Of a stretch of DNA of 32,000 nucleotides, positions 9,093 through 17,946 are shown piece after piece; position 1 is the stretch's first letter, and every line of letters begins with the position of its first letter. The stretch comes from Candidatus Electronema halotolerans (GTDB taxonomy: Bacteria > Desulfobacterota > Desulfobulbia > Desulfobulbales > Desulfobulbaceae). The position numbers were made by a program, and so were the translations under genes. The stretch is taken from NCBI GenBank assembly GCA_942493095.1, contig OW818675.1:3120001-3152000 (forward strand), read 5' to 3'. The notes under the pieces were generated by a model that saw only the letters and a program-made list of their open reading frames with translations, was not told where the DNA came from and ran no database searches.

Positions 9093-9671
9093 ATGAGCAA
9101 AGGCATCAAGGCTGTTCTGATCATCTTAGGAGTGCTTGCTGTTCTCTCGGCAGGCGTGGTCTTATTGGGCATCGGCCAATACAATAAGGCTGTGGCCTTG
9201 GACGAAGAGGTCAATAGCCGATGGGCGCAGGTGGAAAACCAGCTCAAGCGACGCTTTGATCTGATTCCCAACCTTGTCGAGACAGTCAAAGGCTATGCCA
9301 AGCACGAGAAGGATATCTTTGAAAATTTGGCCAAGGCCCGCACCAGTTATTTTCAGGCCGGTTCCATCCAAGAAAAGGCCGTTGCTGCGGGCGGACTGGA
9401 AAACGCCATCTCCCGGCTGCTCATGCTTCAGGAAAATTATCCTGATCTCAAGGCCAATGAATCCTACCTGAAGCTGATGGACAGCTTGGAAGGCTCAGAA
9501 AACCGGATTGCAGTGGAACGGAAACGGTACAATGAAGCGGTGCAGGCGGTCAACACGTACCGCCGAACTGTGATCGGGCGGATTTTTGCCGCGTTGGCTG
9601 GAGTTGAGGCAGCGGAATATTTCAAGCTGCCAGAAGGTGAGCAGGAAGTGCCGAAAGTAAAATTCGACTGA
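9093..9671 (+). CDS. lemA: LemA family protein
   Basis: QYNKAVALDEEVNSRWAQVENQLKRRFDLIPNLVETVKGYAKHE, YNEAVQAVNTYRRTVIG. Confidence 0.95.
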   Translation: MSKGIKAVLIILGVLAVLSAGVVLLGIGQYNKAVALDEEVNSRWAQVENQLKRRFDLIPNLVETVKGYAKHEKDIFENLAKARTSYFQAGSIQEKAVAAGGLENAISRLLMLQENYPDLKANESYLKLMDSLEGSENRIAVERKRYNEAVQAVNTYRRTVIGRIFAALAGVEAAEYFKLPEGEQEVPKVKFD

Positions 9672-9791
9672 AATTACTGGTTATAGTCGGCCTGCTGCCC
9701 GGCCCGCCGGATGAAGTGCGGGTTATTTACTGGTTCGACTGATGATTGCTGCAAAACAAAGAAACCGCTCTGACTGCTTGGAGATGCTGCC

Positions 9792-10964
9792 ATGAAAATC
9801 ATGCCCGCGCTGTTGCGCCGCCCTGTTGCCGGAATGCTGGCTGTGTTCCTCCTCACCGCCCTGCCAGCGGCGGCACTGATGCTGCTGCTGCAACGACCCT
9901 TGTTTGAAGCCCGCGCCCAGATTGCGGTCAGCAAGGGCACGGACCTGCCAACCATGCTGGCCCTGCTGCGCGGCAATGTGCTGGCGGAAAAAACACTGGC
10001 TGCGGTCGGGCCGGAGCAGCTTTTTCCTGCTTTGTCAGACAATGAGCGCATCCGCCAGCTACAACGGCAGCTTAACGTGCGCCTGCGCCGCAAGTCCCGC
10101 CTGATCGAGATCAGCTTCCGCCATTCTGATCAGAAGCTGGCTGCTGACACGGTCAATGCCTTGCTCCGTCTTGTCAATGCTCCCGGCGCAGCCGAAAACA
10201 GTGCGTTCAAGGAGCAGCTTGCCCAAGCGCAGCAGGAGGTTGTCCAAGCTGAAACCAAGCTGGCCATGCTGATGAAAAATGCTCCCCGAACTGTCAGTCA
10301 GCCAACAGCGGCAAGGGATGAGCAGCAGGCTGCAGCCGGGCTGGAGGAACGTCTGACAGCGGAACAAACAAAGCAGGAAAAATCAGCCGCTGCTCTGGCC
10401 GAATTGCGGCAGCGGTTCGCGGCCTTGGCTGGCGATGCGGAGGATAAGGACGATTTCCTCAGCCTGAAGCTCTATGAACAGGAGCTGCTGCGTAAATACG
10501 ATGAGTCGGAGCCGCTGGTCGCCTCAGTGCGGCGGCAGCTTGCCCAGATCACGGCCCGGCTGGAAAAAGGTTCTGCAACGGACAGTCAGGCTGTGGAGGA
10601 GCTGGCCAGGCAGGTGGTGCGGGCGGCTGCCGCTCTCAGCGCGCAGGAGGAGATAGTGGCGACAATGCAGCGGCAGCTCCATCAGCTGCAAGGCCGGAAT
10701 AAGGACGTGGCGGCAAAGCAGGAAATCAGCAGCAGCCGTTTGCAGGATGAACTTGCAGCCAGCAAGGCGCGGCTGGCCGCTCTGCTGAACCAGATGGACA
10801 CGCCCGGCCAGCAGGCAGGGCAGAGCACGATTGTTGAACGTCCGCTGCCGCCCCTGCAATCAGTCAGGCCGAACAAACTGCGCCTGCTGGTGGCGGCAGT
10901 CTGCTTCGGCCTGCTCTGCTGCCTGCTGCTGCATGTTTTGCGGCAGGAAAGCCGCCCGGCCTGA
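9792..10964 (+). CDS. Wzz/GumC-like polysaccharide chain-length or export regulator
   Basis: N- and C-terminal TM segments flanking long coiled coils; IEISFRHSDQKLAADTVNALLRL and LPPLQSVRPNKLRLLVAAV near the second TM. Confidence 0.75.
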   Translation: MKIMPALLRRPVAGMLAVFLLTALPAAALMLLLQRPLFEARAQIAVSKGTDLPTMLALLRGNVLAEKTLAAVGPEQLFPALSDNERIRQLQRQLNVRLRRKSRLIEISFRHSDQKLAADTVNALLRLVNAPGAAENSAFKEQLAQAQQEVVQAETKLAMLMKNAPRTVSQPTAARDEQQAAAGLEERLTAEQTKQEKSAAALAELRQRFAALAGDAEDKDDFLSLKLYEQELLRKYDESEPLVASVRRQLAQITARLEKGSATDSQAVEELARQVVRAAAALSAQEEIVATMQRQLHQLQGRNKDVAAKQEISSSRLQDELAASKARLAALLNQMDTPGQQAGQSTIVERPLPPLQSVRPNKLRLLVAAVCFGLLCCLLLHVLRQESRPA

Positions 10965-11429
10965 TCAGGGCTGCTTCTGCTCCTTGTCTCCGCCGCTGTT
11001 CTCAAGCGGCTCCACAGACGGAGGAACAGGAGCGGGCGGCGGGGGCGCGGCAGCAGGAGCCGGTTTGACAGCCGGACTTGGCATGATGCTGAACCGCTGC
11101 TGCATCTCCTGCATGAAGCGGGTATCAGACAGGGTCTCTTGGATGGTCTGCTGCATGATTTTCATCAGCTTCTCATTGATGGAGGCCTGCACCGCCGGAT
11201 CGAGCTTGCCGACCGCGTCTGACATGGCCGATGCCATAGGATAGCTGCCAGGCTGCATCGGCGCAGGGTTCATGTTCAGCATCAAGTCAATGCTGTTGCG
11301 TATCTGCTGCTGGGCAGGGTTAAATGTTGCTGGCTCCTGCTCCTGCGCTCCTGCGGCGGCAGCCAACAGCAGGCAGCCTGCTGCTGCCAAGCAGAGCCGG
11401 ACTGCAATCCTCTTTTTTTTCATCTGCAT
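10965..11429 (-). CDS. Hypothetical secreted Pro-rich protein
   Basis: Signal peptide MQMKKKRIAVRLCLAAAGCLLLAAAAGAQEQ, C-terminal KPAPAAAPPPPAPVPP; stop abuts the convergent Wzz-like gene stop (TGATCA). Confidence 0.65.
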   Translation of the reverse strand: MQMKKKRIAVRLCLAAAGCLLLAAAAGAQEQEPATFNPAQQQIRNSIDLMLNMNPAPMQPGSYPMASAMSDAVGKLDPAVQASINEKLMKIMQQTIQETLSDTRFMQEMQQRFSIMPSPAVKPAPAAAPPPPAPVPPSVEPLENSGGDKEQKQP

Positions 11430-11567
11430 TTTTTTCTCCTCTCTTTCAATCAATGCGCCGGATGCTGCAAACACCGCGCACGCTTCCTCTCCTGTAAGGG
11501 TACAGTGCCCCAAATTCAGTTGTCAATCGCTTTTTTTTCAGGACGGAGAGCGCAAGTCCGCTGTTGC

Positions 11568-12341
11568 TCACAGGGTGAACAGCTTGGTGGGCTGGTCCTG
11601 TCCGGCAATGGTGAAGGAGAAGTCGCGCTGGCTGGGCGGCAATTCCAGCTGAATCCGTTCCCGCACCAATTCAGGCCGGTTGTTTGCCCGGCTGAGATGG
11701 ACTAAGACCGCCTGCCGCACAGAGGAATCCGCTGCTAATTCGGCTAATAAAGAGGCTGCTTGACCATTGGCCAAATGGCCTTGACCGGAGCGCACCCGCT
11801 GCTGAATGTACGGCGGATAGGGGCCGTCAGCCAAGAGCTGCGGATCATAATTGGCTTCCAGAATCAGGGCGTGGCAGCGGCGGGCGTGCTGACGGAGCAG
11901 GCCGGTGATTCTGCCGGTGTCAGTGCAGCAGCAGAGCGCCTTGCTGCCGTCAGAAATGACAAAACCAACCGGATCAGCCGTGTCATGGCAGACCCGGAAG
12001 GGATGAACGGTCAAGCCGTTGATCGCAAAGTCTGTGCCGGTCTCAAACTCAGCCCGCTGATGCAGCCTGCCGAGCCGCGCTGCCGCCGCCTGATGGGTGC
12101 CGCTGTTGGCATAGACTGGCAGCCTGAGCTGCCGGGACAGTACTCCGGCCCCGCTGATATGGTCGCCGTGCTCATGGCTGATCAGGATGGCAGCAAGCTT
12201 CTCTGCGGAACGGTTGAGCAGAGCCAGCCGCCGCCGGATTTCCTTGCCGGAGAAACCAGCATCAAGCAGGAGCGCGGTGGAGCCGGACTCCACCAAGATG
12301 GCATTGCCTCTGGAGCCGGAGCCGAGGACGCAAAAATTCAT
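11568..12341 (-). CDS. MBL-fold metallo-hydrolase (YycJ/WalJ-like)
   Basis: FCVLGSGSRGNAILVES, LLLDAGFSGKEIRRRL, ISHEHGDHISGAGVL, CCCTDTGRITG, LILEANYDPQLL. Confidence 0.92.
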   Translation of the reverse strand: MNFCVLGSGSRGNAILVESGSTALLLDAGFSGKEIRRRLALLNRSAEKLAAILISHEHGDHISGAGVLSRQLRLPVYANSGTHQAAAARLGRLHQRAEFETGTDFAINGLTVHPFRVCHDTADPVGFVISDGSKALCCCTDTGRITGLLRQHARRCHALILEANYDPQLLADGPYPPYIQQRVRSGQGHLANGQAASLLAELAADSSVRQAVLVHLSRANNRPELVRERIQLELPPSQRDFSFTIAGQDQPTKLFTL

Positions 12342-12484
12342 GAACAGGCCATAGAAAAAAATTGCGGGCTGTTCAGCAAAACCAAGTGCGCCCTGTCTGT
12401 CAAGCAAATAAAAAAGCAGGGAGCAAAGCTCCCTGCTTCAGCCACAGCCTGCCTGGCGGTTTGTTCTTGAACAGTCCTCCCTGT

Positions 12485-12961
12485 TCAAGCTCCGCTGTCG
12501 CAGTCCCCCTTTGTTGTCACCTGCACACCGGATTCTTTGACCGTGATATGGTCGCCAGTCGCGCAGGCTCCTCTTTTTTGCAACTCAGTGCCGCTGATCA
12601 GATCATGGGCCACGCAGGTCATGGACTGGCCCACCTCCAGATCAGTTGTTTGACAGTTGATGTTGGCGAATCGCTCGTCAATCACCCGGATATTGGTCAG
12701 CTTGACATTGCCGGTGTTGGTGATCTTGTAGGACCGGCGTTCAGTTTGCTGCGCATCCGCAGCAGCTATTGCCGCGCCGCCGCAAGCCATTTCAGTGCCG
12801 CCACAGGTGCCGCCGTTCTCGCTGACAATGGCAATATTCGGTTCAGCCGTTGTTGTTGCGCTCGTGCCACCGCACATCATCATTTCTCCAGCCGCAGAAG
12901 CGGAAACGAACAGAGCTGCTCCGACCAGCAGCGAGGCGGCGGCAACAAAAATATTCTTCAT
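12485..12961 (-). CDS. Secreted protein with one DUF11/DUF7507-like repeat domain and CGG motifs
   Basis: Signal peptide; YKITNTGNVKLTNIRVIDE...INCQTTDLEVGQSMTCVA. Confidence 0.75.
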   Translation of the reverse strand: MKNIFVAAASLLVGAALFVSASAAGEMMMCGGTSATTTAEPNIAIVSENGGTCGGTEMACGGAAIAAADAQQTERRSYKITNTGNVKLTNIRVIDERFANINCQTTDLEVGQSMTCVAHDLISGTELQKRGACATGDHITVKESGVQVTTKGDCDSGA

Positions 12962-13025
12962 GGCTTTAGTCCTCCTTCTAAAATAAATTTCAGTCTGCCA
13001 TCAATTAACTCCTCAGTGTGTTTTC

Positions 13026-13054
13026 TTTATACTTTAGTTTTTTATATCCGTCAA
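13026..13054 (-). promoter_or_regulatory. Candidate sigma70 promoter for the 12485-12961 gene
   Basis: Minus strand TTGACG - 17 bp - TATAAA, about 65-95 nt upstream of the start codon. Confidence 0.6.
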
Positions 13055-13058
13055 GCCC

Positions 13059-13080
13059 TGAGTAAAAAAAATTTTACTCA
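13059..13080. terminator. Inverted repeat TGAGTAAAA-aaaa-TTTTACTCA over the M48 gene stop codon
   Basis: Perfect 9-nt arms read directly; terminator function is only presumed because the stem is AT-rich. Confidence 0.45.
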
Positions 13081-14336
13081 AAAACATGTTCGCGCTGCTC
13101 CAGCCGCTGCAAAGCGGCTATTCTGGCCAAAAAAGGCGGATGGGAATACTCCAGAAAAACCTTGAACGGATGCGGAGTTAGGTTGACAAGATTGTCTGCG
13201 CCGAGTTTTTTCAGGCTGCTGATCAGCTCCTTGGTCCAGCCGGAGGCGGCGGCAAAGGCATCGGCCTGATATTCGCATCGCCGGGAAAACATATTGAGGA
13301 ACACGGAGAGCAGCAACTCAACCGGACTATAAAGAAAAACAAAGAAGGTCAGCCCGGCGTAAACCGAAATCTGCTCCATGCCAAAGGCGGCGTGGAGCTG
13401 CGGGCTGGCAAGTACCAAGGACAAAAAATAGAACATCAGGCCGGTGTGCGCAATCAAGGCAACGGTCATTTTGACGATATGCCGATGCCGCCAATGACCC
13501 ATCTCATGCGCCAGCACGGCGACAATTTCGCCCACAGTCAGTCTGCTGATCAGGGTGTCAAAAAAGACAATCCGCCGGAACCGGCCAAAACCGGCGAAAA
13601 AGGCGTTCAGTTTGGCCGAGCGTTTGGAGCCGTCCATGACATAGATGCCTTGGATGGCAAAGTTGTGGGCTTTGGCATAGTCAGCCACAGCCTGTCGCAG
13701 CTCGCCGTCCTCCAGCGGGTTGAATTTATTGAATAGCGGCATCAGCACTGCCGGGGCGAGAAACTGCATCAGCAGGCTGAAGAGCGTCACTGCGGCCCAG
13801 CACCAGAGCCAAGCCGCACTGCCTGCGCTCTCAAAGAACCAAAGCAGCAGGGCCAGCAGCGGCCCGCCGATCAGCACGGCCAGTGCTCCGGTTTTGAGCA
13901 GATCAAGGACAAAGGTCTTGGCCGTGGTTTTGTTGAAGCCGAAGCGTTCTTCAAGGACAAAGGTGCGGTATAAGGAAAAGGGCAACTCGGCAGCAGCAGA
14001 GAGCATTGCCAAGCTGCCGATGAAAAGCAGGCCGGTGCTGATGCTGTTCAGGCCAACACTTCGGATATGCTGATCAATCTGGCTGAAGCCGCCGAGCAGG
14101 ATGAACAGCAGCGTGGCCAGCAGTATGACTGTGCTGCGGACTTGGGTGAAAATCAGTTTGGCTTTGGTGTAGTCCTGGGAGCGGCGGTACTGCTCCTCAT
14201 CATAGATATCCCGGCCTTGCGCAGGCAGGGCGGGATGCAGAGCGCGCAGCTCCAGCAGGTCGGCGAGCAGATGCAGGAGCCAGGCCGCAATCAGGGCGGT
14301 GACAATAACAGCCAGATACCAGTTCATAAATATCAT
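13074..14336 (-). CDS. M48 family (Ste24/CAAX protease-like) metallopeptidase
   Basis: Zinc motif VLAHEMGHWRHRHI, SVFLNMFSRRCEYQADAFA, PFSLYRTFVLEERFGFNKTT and multiple TM segments. Confidence 0.95.
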   Translation of the reverse strand: MIFMNWYLAVIVTALIAAWLLHLLADLLELRALHPALPAQGRDIYDEEQYRRSQDYTKAKLIFTQVRSTVILLATLLFILLGGFSQIDQHIRSVGLNSISTGLLFIGSLAMLSAAAELPFSLYRTFVLEERFGFNKTTAKTFVLDLLKTGALAVLIGGPLLALLLWFFESAGSAAWLWCWAAVTLFSLLMQFLAPAVLMPLFNKFNPLEDGELRQAVADYAKAHNFAIQGIYVMDGSKRSAKLNAFFAGFGRFRRIVFFDTLISRLTVGEIVAVLAHEMGHWRHRHIVKMTVALIAHTGLMFYFLSLVLASPQLHAAFGMEQISVYAGLTFFVFLYSPVELLLSVFLNMFSRRCEYQADAFAAASGWTKELISSLKKLGADNLVNLTPHPFKVFLEYSHPPFLARIAALQRLEQREHVFE

Positions 14337-14449
14337 CCTTGGTCAGAGCGAGCAATCCTGTTTGACTTCTTATCACGGGCATTATACAGTGAAAACAGGG
14401 GGAGCGGCAATGCTCTCCTGAACCGCCCTGTTTTCTTCTGCTTTTTTAT

Positions 14450-17059
14450 ATGAAACCAACAGATATTGCAGATATTGACCTGAGGCAGTTTCGCTGCTGG
14501 TGCATGGCCTTCTTTGTCTTCTGGACCCTGCTCCTCAACAGCTCGTTCTGGCTCTTTGCCAAAAATGAATGGAACAATGTCAAGTTCATTGGCAAGCAGA
14601 TCGGCATGACCGCCATCCGCAAAGACTATGTCCATCAGATTTGGAATTCCAGCCACGGCGGCGTGCTCGGTGCGGCCAAGAACAGCTCCGGCCTGATCAA
14701 TCCGGCCCAGATGACCCGCGAGATTTACAGGATTGAGCAGGAGCGCGGCGACATCAGCGGCAACATCACCAGTCTGCGGCCCTTGGACGAGGAAAACCGC
14801 CCTGACGCATGGGAGGAGGCCGCCCTGAACAGCTTTGAGCATGGGGTGAAAGATGCGGCGAAACTTTTCACCAAGGGTGACAAAACCTTCATGCGGGTCA
14901 TGATTCCGGCGATCATGGATGCGTCCTGCCTCAAATGCCATGTTGAGCGGGACTACACAGTGGGCAGCATTCGCGGCGGGATCAGCATCACCCTGCCCAT
15001 GGACGATGCCGTGGCTTTGTTCCGCAGGCAGTTCAAAACCAGCCTCTTCTACCATGTTCTGATCTACCTGATCGGCTTGGCCGGGATGATCGTTTTTTAT
15101 CTCCAGAGCAGCAGCCAGATGCGCAGGCGGGCCGTTGCTGAGGGCAGGCTGCAGGCGCAGAAAAAGCATCTGCGCGGCATTGTTGAAAACATCTCCAACG
15201 GCATTGCCGTCTATGAGGCGGACGGACAGGAGTTCCTCGTCAAAAGCATCAATCCTGCGGGCAGGCGCATCGCCCGGCTGACGGCTGAGGATGATCTTGC
15301 CGGAAAAAAGGCGACAGATATTTTTCCCAGTCTGGCCGAATCAGGGCTGCTGGCCGTGTTTCAGCGGGTGGCTGAGAGCGGCGAGGCCGAGCATATCTCC
15401 ATCTCCTCCTGCACCAGCAAGGGCGCGGATCAGGAAAATCCCCCCCGCTGCCTTGAATTTTACGTCTATCGCCTGTCTGACAACAAGATTGTCGCAGTCT
15501 ATGAAGATGTGACGGCCCGGAAAAAGGCCAGAGAGCAGCTCCTGCGCAAGACAGCGGAATGGGAGAACACCTTTGACGCGATTCCTGATATCATCACCTT
15601 GCAGGACAAGGAAATGCGGATTATCCGGGCCAATCAGACCACCTTTGAGTTTTTTCAGAAAACGCCGGAGCAGCTGCTGGGCATGACCTGCCATAAGCTG
15701 TTCCGGGGCATGGACAAGCCTTGTCCCGGCTGTCCAGGAATCATGGCCATGAATGATTCAAGAAAGCACTGCACAGAAATGGAGCATAAATTGGTGGGCA
15801 GGACATATCATGTCTGCGCCGCGCCGGTCCTGAATGCGGAGAACGAGTTCCTCTATTTTGTCTATATCGCCCATGACATCACAGACAAGAGAAAGCTGGA
15901 AGAGGAGCTGTTCCAAGCCCAGAAAATGGAGGCCATCGGCACCTTGGCCGGAGGCATTGCCCATGATTTCAACAATATTCTCGCTGCGATCCTTGGCTAT
16001 GCCGAGCTGGCGAAAATGGAGCTGCCCGACGGCAGCAATTCCCGCGCTGACATTGATCAAGTGGTCATTGCCGGCAACCGGGCCACGGAATTAGTCAAGC
16101 AGATTCTCACCTTCAGTCGCAAGAGCGAGTACCGCAAGCAGCCCCTGCGCATCTATCTTTTGGTCAAGGAGGCGGTCAAGATGCTGCGTTCCTCGCTGCC
16201 CACCTCGATCAGCATCAGCACGGATATTGACGAGGACAGCGGCTTGGTTTTGGCTGATCCCAGCAATATTCAGCAGATTGTCTTCAACCTCTGCACCAAT
16301 GCCGCTCATGCCATTGGCGGCAGACAGGGCAGGATCGACATCAGCCTCAAGCAGGTCTGGCTGCCCCCCGAAAAGCTGGCTGACAGACCGCCCTGCCTCA
16401 AGCCGGGACTTTTCATCATTCTGAGTGTTGAGGATGACGGCGCAGGCATGGACGAGCGGACCATAAGCCGGATTTTCGATCCCTATTTCACCACTAAGGA
16501 GCAGGGGGCAGGCACCGGCTTGGGGCTGGCGGTCACGCACGGCGTGGTGGAAGACTGCAAGGGCTTCATTGAAGTGGCGAGCGAGCTGGGCAAAGGCTCA
16601 GTGTTTCATGTTTTTCTGCCTGTGCTGCCGGAGGAGAGCAAAGCACCTGCCGTGCCGGATGAGCAGAGTCCGCTGCCCAATGGCACGGAGCGGATTCTCT
16701 TTGTCGATGATGAGGATGCCATTGTCCATATCAGTCAGTCCATTCTCAGCGCGCTGGGCTATGCAGTGACTGCGGAGACCAACAGTCTGACTGCATTGAA
16801 GAAATTTCAAGAAAATCCGGCGGCCTTTGATCTGGTGATCACGGACCAGACCATGCCGGGCATGACCGGCTGCGAGCTGGCCAAGCTCATGCTGGAGACG
16901 CGGCCTGATCTGCCGGTGATTCTCTGCACCGGCTACACAGCCTCGTTCTCGGAAAAAGACGCGCTGGCCCTGGGCATCCGCCACTATGCGATCAAGCCGC
17001 TGACAGTGGCCAGGATGGCCCGGCTGATCAGAGATGTGCTGAACAGCAGGGGAGCTTGA
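14450..17059 (+). CDS. Hybrid sensor histidine kinase: DUF3365-like heme sensor domain, PAS domains, HisKA/HATPase, receiver
   Basis: CLKCH heme motif, two TM segments, PAS regions, [21 protein letters not shown]-box, [47 protein letters not shown]...[11 protein letters not shown] receiver. Confidence 0.93.
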   Translation: MKPTDIADIDLRQFRCWCMAFFVFWTLLLNSSFWLFAKNEWNNVKFIGKQIGMTAIRKDYVHQIWNSSHGGVLGAAKNSSGLINPAQMTREIYRIEQERGDISGNITSLRPLDEENRPDAWEEAALNSFEHGVKDAAKLFTKGDKTFMRVMIPAIMDASCLKCHVERDYTVGSIRGGISITLPMDDAVALFRRQFKTSLFYHVLIYLIGLAGMIVFYLQSSSQMRRRAVAEGRLQAQKKHLRGIVENISNGIAVYEADGQEFLVKSINPAGRRIARLTAEDDLAGKKATDIFPSLAESGLLAVFQRVAESGEAEHISISSCTSKGADQENPPRCLEFYVYRLSDNKIVAVYEDVTARKKAREQLLRKTAEWENTFDAIPDIITLQDKEMRIIRANQTTFEFFQKTPEQLLGMTCHKLFRGMDKPCPGCPGIMAMNDSRKHCTEMEHKLVGRTYHVCAAPVLNAENEFLYFVYIAHDITDKRKLEEELFQAQKMEAIGTLAGGIAHDFNNILAAILGYAELAKMELPDGSNSRADIDQVVIAGNRATELVKQILTFSRKSEYRKQPLRIYLLVKEAVKMLRSSLPTSISISTDIDEDSGLVLADPSNIQQIVFNLCTNAAHAIGGRQGRIDISLKQVWLPPEKLADRPPCLKPGLFIILSVEDDGAGMDERTISRIFDPYFTTKEQGAGTGLGLAVTHGVVEDCKGFIEVASELGKGSVFHVFLPVLPEESKAPAVPDEQSPLPNGTERILFVDDEDAIVHISQSILSALGYAVTAETNSLTALKKFQENPAAFDLVITDQTMPGMTGCELAKLMLETRPDLPVILCTGYTASFSEKDALALGIRHYAIKPLTVARMARLIRDVLNSRGA

Positions 17060-17080
17060 CACAGGGCGGAAGTGCTGGAT

Positions 17081-17716
17081 TCAGCCTCCTTGCCGCAGGA
17101 GATGCAGGAGAATGACTGCGGCAAAAACGCTGATGCTGAGAAAGGCGGCCAACCATGCCACACCTTTGAGCAGCCAGTTCCAGCGAGGATGACTGAGGCC
17201 CAGACTTTGGGTTAGCGACCAGAAGCCGTGGCTGATGTGCAGGCCGAGCGCGGCAAGACCGAGCGCGTATCCGGCTGCGGACAGGGGATTGGTCAAGGCC
17301 AGCCTAATTTTTTCGGCGGGCGGCAGGGCCTGACCAGTAAAGCGCACTGTGGCAAGATGGAGAATGAGAAAGGCCAGCACAGCGGCCCCGCTGAAGGGCA
17401 TGATGCGGCTGGGCCAGCCCCGCAGACCGGTCGCCGAGCGGCGGACCGCATAGGTGCGGCCTTTGGCGGTGCGGTTGGCTAGGGCAAGGCTGAGACCGGT
17501 GCTGATGTGGAGCAGGAAGACCGCCAGCAGGAATGCCTCCGCCGCTGTGAGGAGCGGGCCAAGGGAATGCAGATGTTCCGCGTACAGGGTGAATGCAGTT
17601 TTACTTTTGAATATCAGACTGTTGCCTGCGGCGTGAACCAGCAGGAAAGCAGTCAGCAGCAGCCCGGTCAGAGCCATGAGGTATTTTCTGCCCAGCAGGG
17701 AAAGGGAAAAGGACAT
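17081..17716 (-). CDS. Succinate dehydrogenase/fumarate reductase cytochrome b subunit-like protein
   Basis: KYLMALTGLLLTAFLLVHAAGNSLIF, YAEHLHSLGPLLTAAE, AVLAFLILHLATVRF, ALGLHISHGFWS. Confidence 0.88.
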   Translation of the reverse strand: MSFSLSLLGRKYLMALTGLLLTAFLLVHAAGNSLIFKSKTAFTLYAEHLHSLGPLLTAAEAFLLAVFLLHISTGLSLALANRTAKGRTYAVRRSATGLRGWPSRIMPFSGAAVLAFLILHLATVRFTGQALPPAEKIRLALTNPLSAAGYALGLAALGLHISHGFWSLTQSLGLSHPRWNWLLKGVAWLAAFLSISVFAAVILLHLLRQGG

Positions 17717-17946
17717 AAGGTCTGCGGATGGAGGAAAGTTTGATTTTTTTTATTGTAACCAAGAATGCAAGATGCTGCAATTGCTGCTTAGACCGCTTGG
17801 GTACTAAAATTTTTACCTTGCCAGATTGACAGCAACGTTATATAAACAGTAACGAGGTAACTCGCCCAATCTTCGTGTATTTGACACGTGGGAGGCTTGG
17901 CGCGCAAGCAGAAATGACTGAAACTGAAATGAAACAAGGAGCTGAA

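Noticed and set aside
14333-15169. 278-aa minus-strand ORF opposite the sensor kinase
   Set aside because: Overlaps the kinase heme domain in antisense; no independent support.
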